This document shows, piece after piece, positions 63,636 to 64,000 of a stretch of 64,000 nucleotides of DNA. The DNA is from Vicugna vicugna. Taxonomy: Eukaryota. Below the pieces are notes generated by a model. That model was not told the origin of the DNA. It saw only the letters and a list, made by a program, of their open reading frames with translations, and searched no databases. Made by a program: the position numbers and the translations under genes. The DNA lies in the NCBI GenBank assembly GCA_013265495.1, contig MU058844.1, positions 11,492,184-11,556,183 of the forward strand, in the 5' to 3' direction. Positions within the stretch are counted from its first letter, which is position 1. Every line of letters starts with the position of its first letter.

Positions 63636-64000
63636 ACTACTTTCTCATGTTCAAAATTATTGCCTTTTAGAATTATTTTGAAAAAGAAAACTTGTTTTCC
63701 AGTATTATTATAACTGACTCAAAATGGACACTCATACAGTGCTTTTAAGTAGCTGCTTTTAAATTAGAGATAATTTAAGCTTCACCAAGGCTATTATAGT
63801 CCTTTGCATAAAGACCCACTTGAGAAATTCAGGCACAGATTTGCAGCTCAAGCAGAAAGTTTGTGACACTGGAATTCTTGGAGTATTTGCTCAGTGTGAA
63901 AATTCTCATTTTTCAAACTTAAATACTTCAATTATTTCAAAATTCTAAGTAATTTTCTGTTTTTCTTTTTGATAAAGACAAATCGTGGATACTCAGAAAT

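Noticed and set aside
1..64000. CRISPR array, operon or prokaryotic-type defence/retroelement system
   Set aside because: This is spliced mammalian DNA with no regularly spaced repeat-spacer array and no long ORFs. The only link to such systems is the known, distant McrB-like ancestry of the NAV3 AAA+ domain.

Overview
This is AT-rich mammalian genomic DNA, most likely from a camelid (camel, llama or alpaca). The assignment rests on a tRNA-Ala-derived Vic-1-type SINE at ~26.55 kb and camelid-type L1 3' ends, both recognised from memory rather than by a search. The right third holds the last nine coding exons of NAV3 (neuron navigator 3, an unc-53 homologue) on the minus strand. These run 62098->44346 with GT-AG junctions and consistent phases, encoding the C-terminal AAA+ domain and ending ...LDSSLESTL*. 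A ~2.4-2.6 kb 3' UTR follows, with candidate poly(A) signals at ~41.99 and ~41.81 kb. Positions 1-41.7 kb are gene-free downstream DNA, dense in ERV1/ERVL/MaLR LTRs, L1, L2, MIR and hAT elements. The most notable extras are: (i) a heavily decayed, internally deleted CTAGE5/MIA2 processed pseudogene lying antisense in a NAV3 intron; (ii) a young 5'-inverted (twin-primed) L1 with a perfect 15-bp TSD; (iii) an LTR-associated cluster of GAS/ISRE-like/NF-kB/AP-1 motifs at 25-26.5 kb; and (iv) miR-29/miR-34/miR-124/Pumilio sites plus a hairpin in the NAV3 3' UTR. I found no convincing novel multi-gene system, CRISPR array or RNA gene. Nearly all other ORFs in the track are chance ORFs in repeats or non-coding DNA. 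Repeat family names are by-eye calls that need RepeatMasker/Dfam confirmation, and boundaries without TSDs are approximate.
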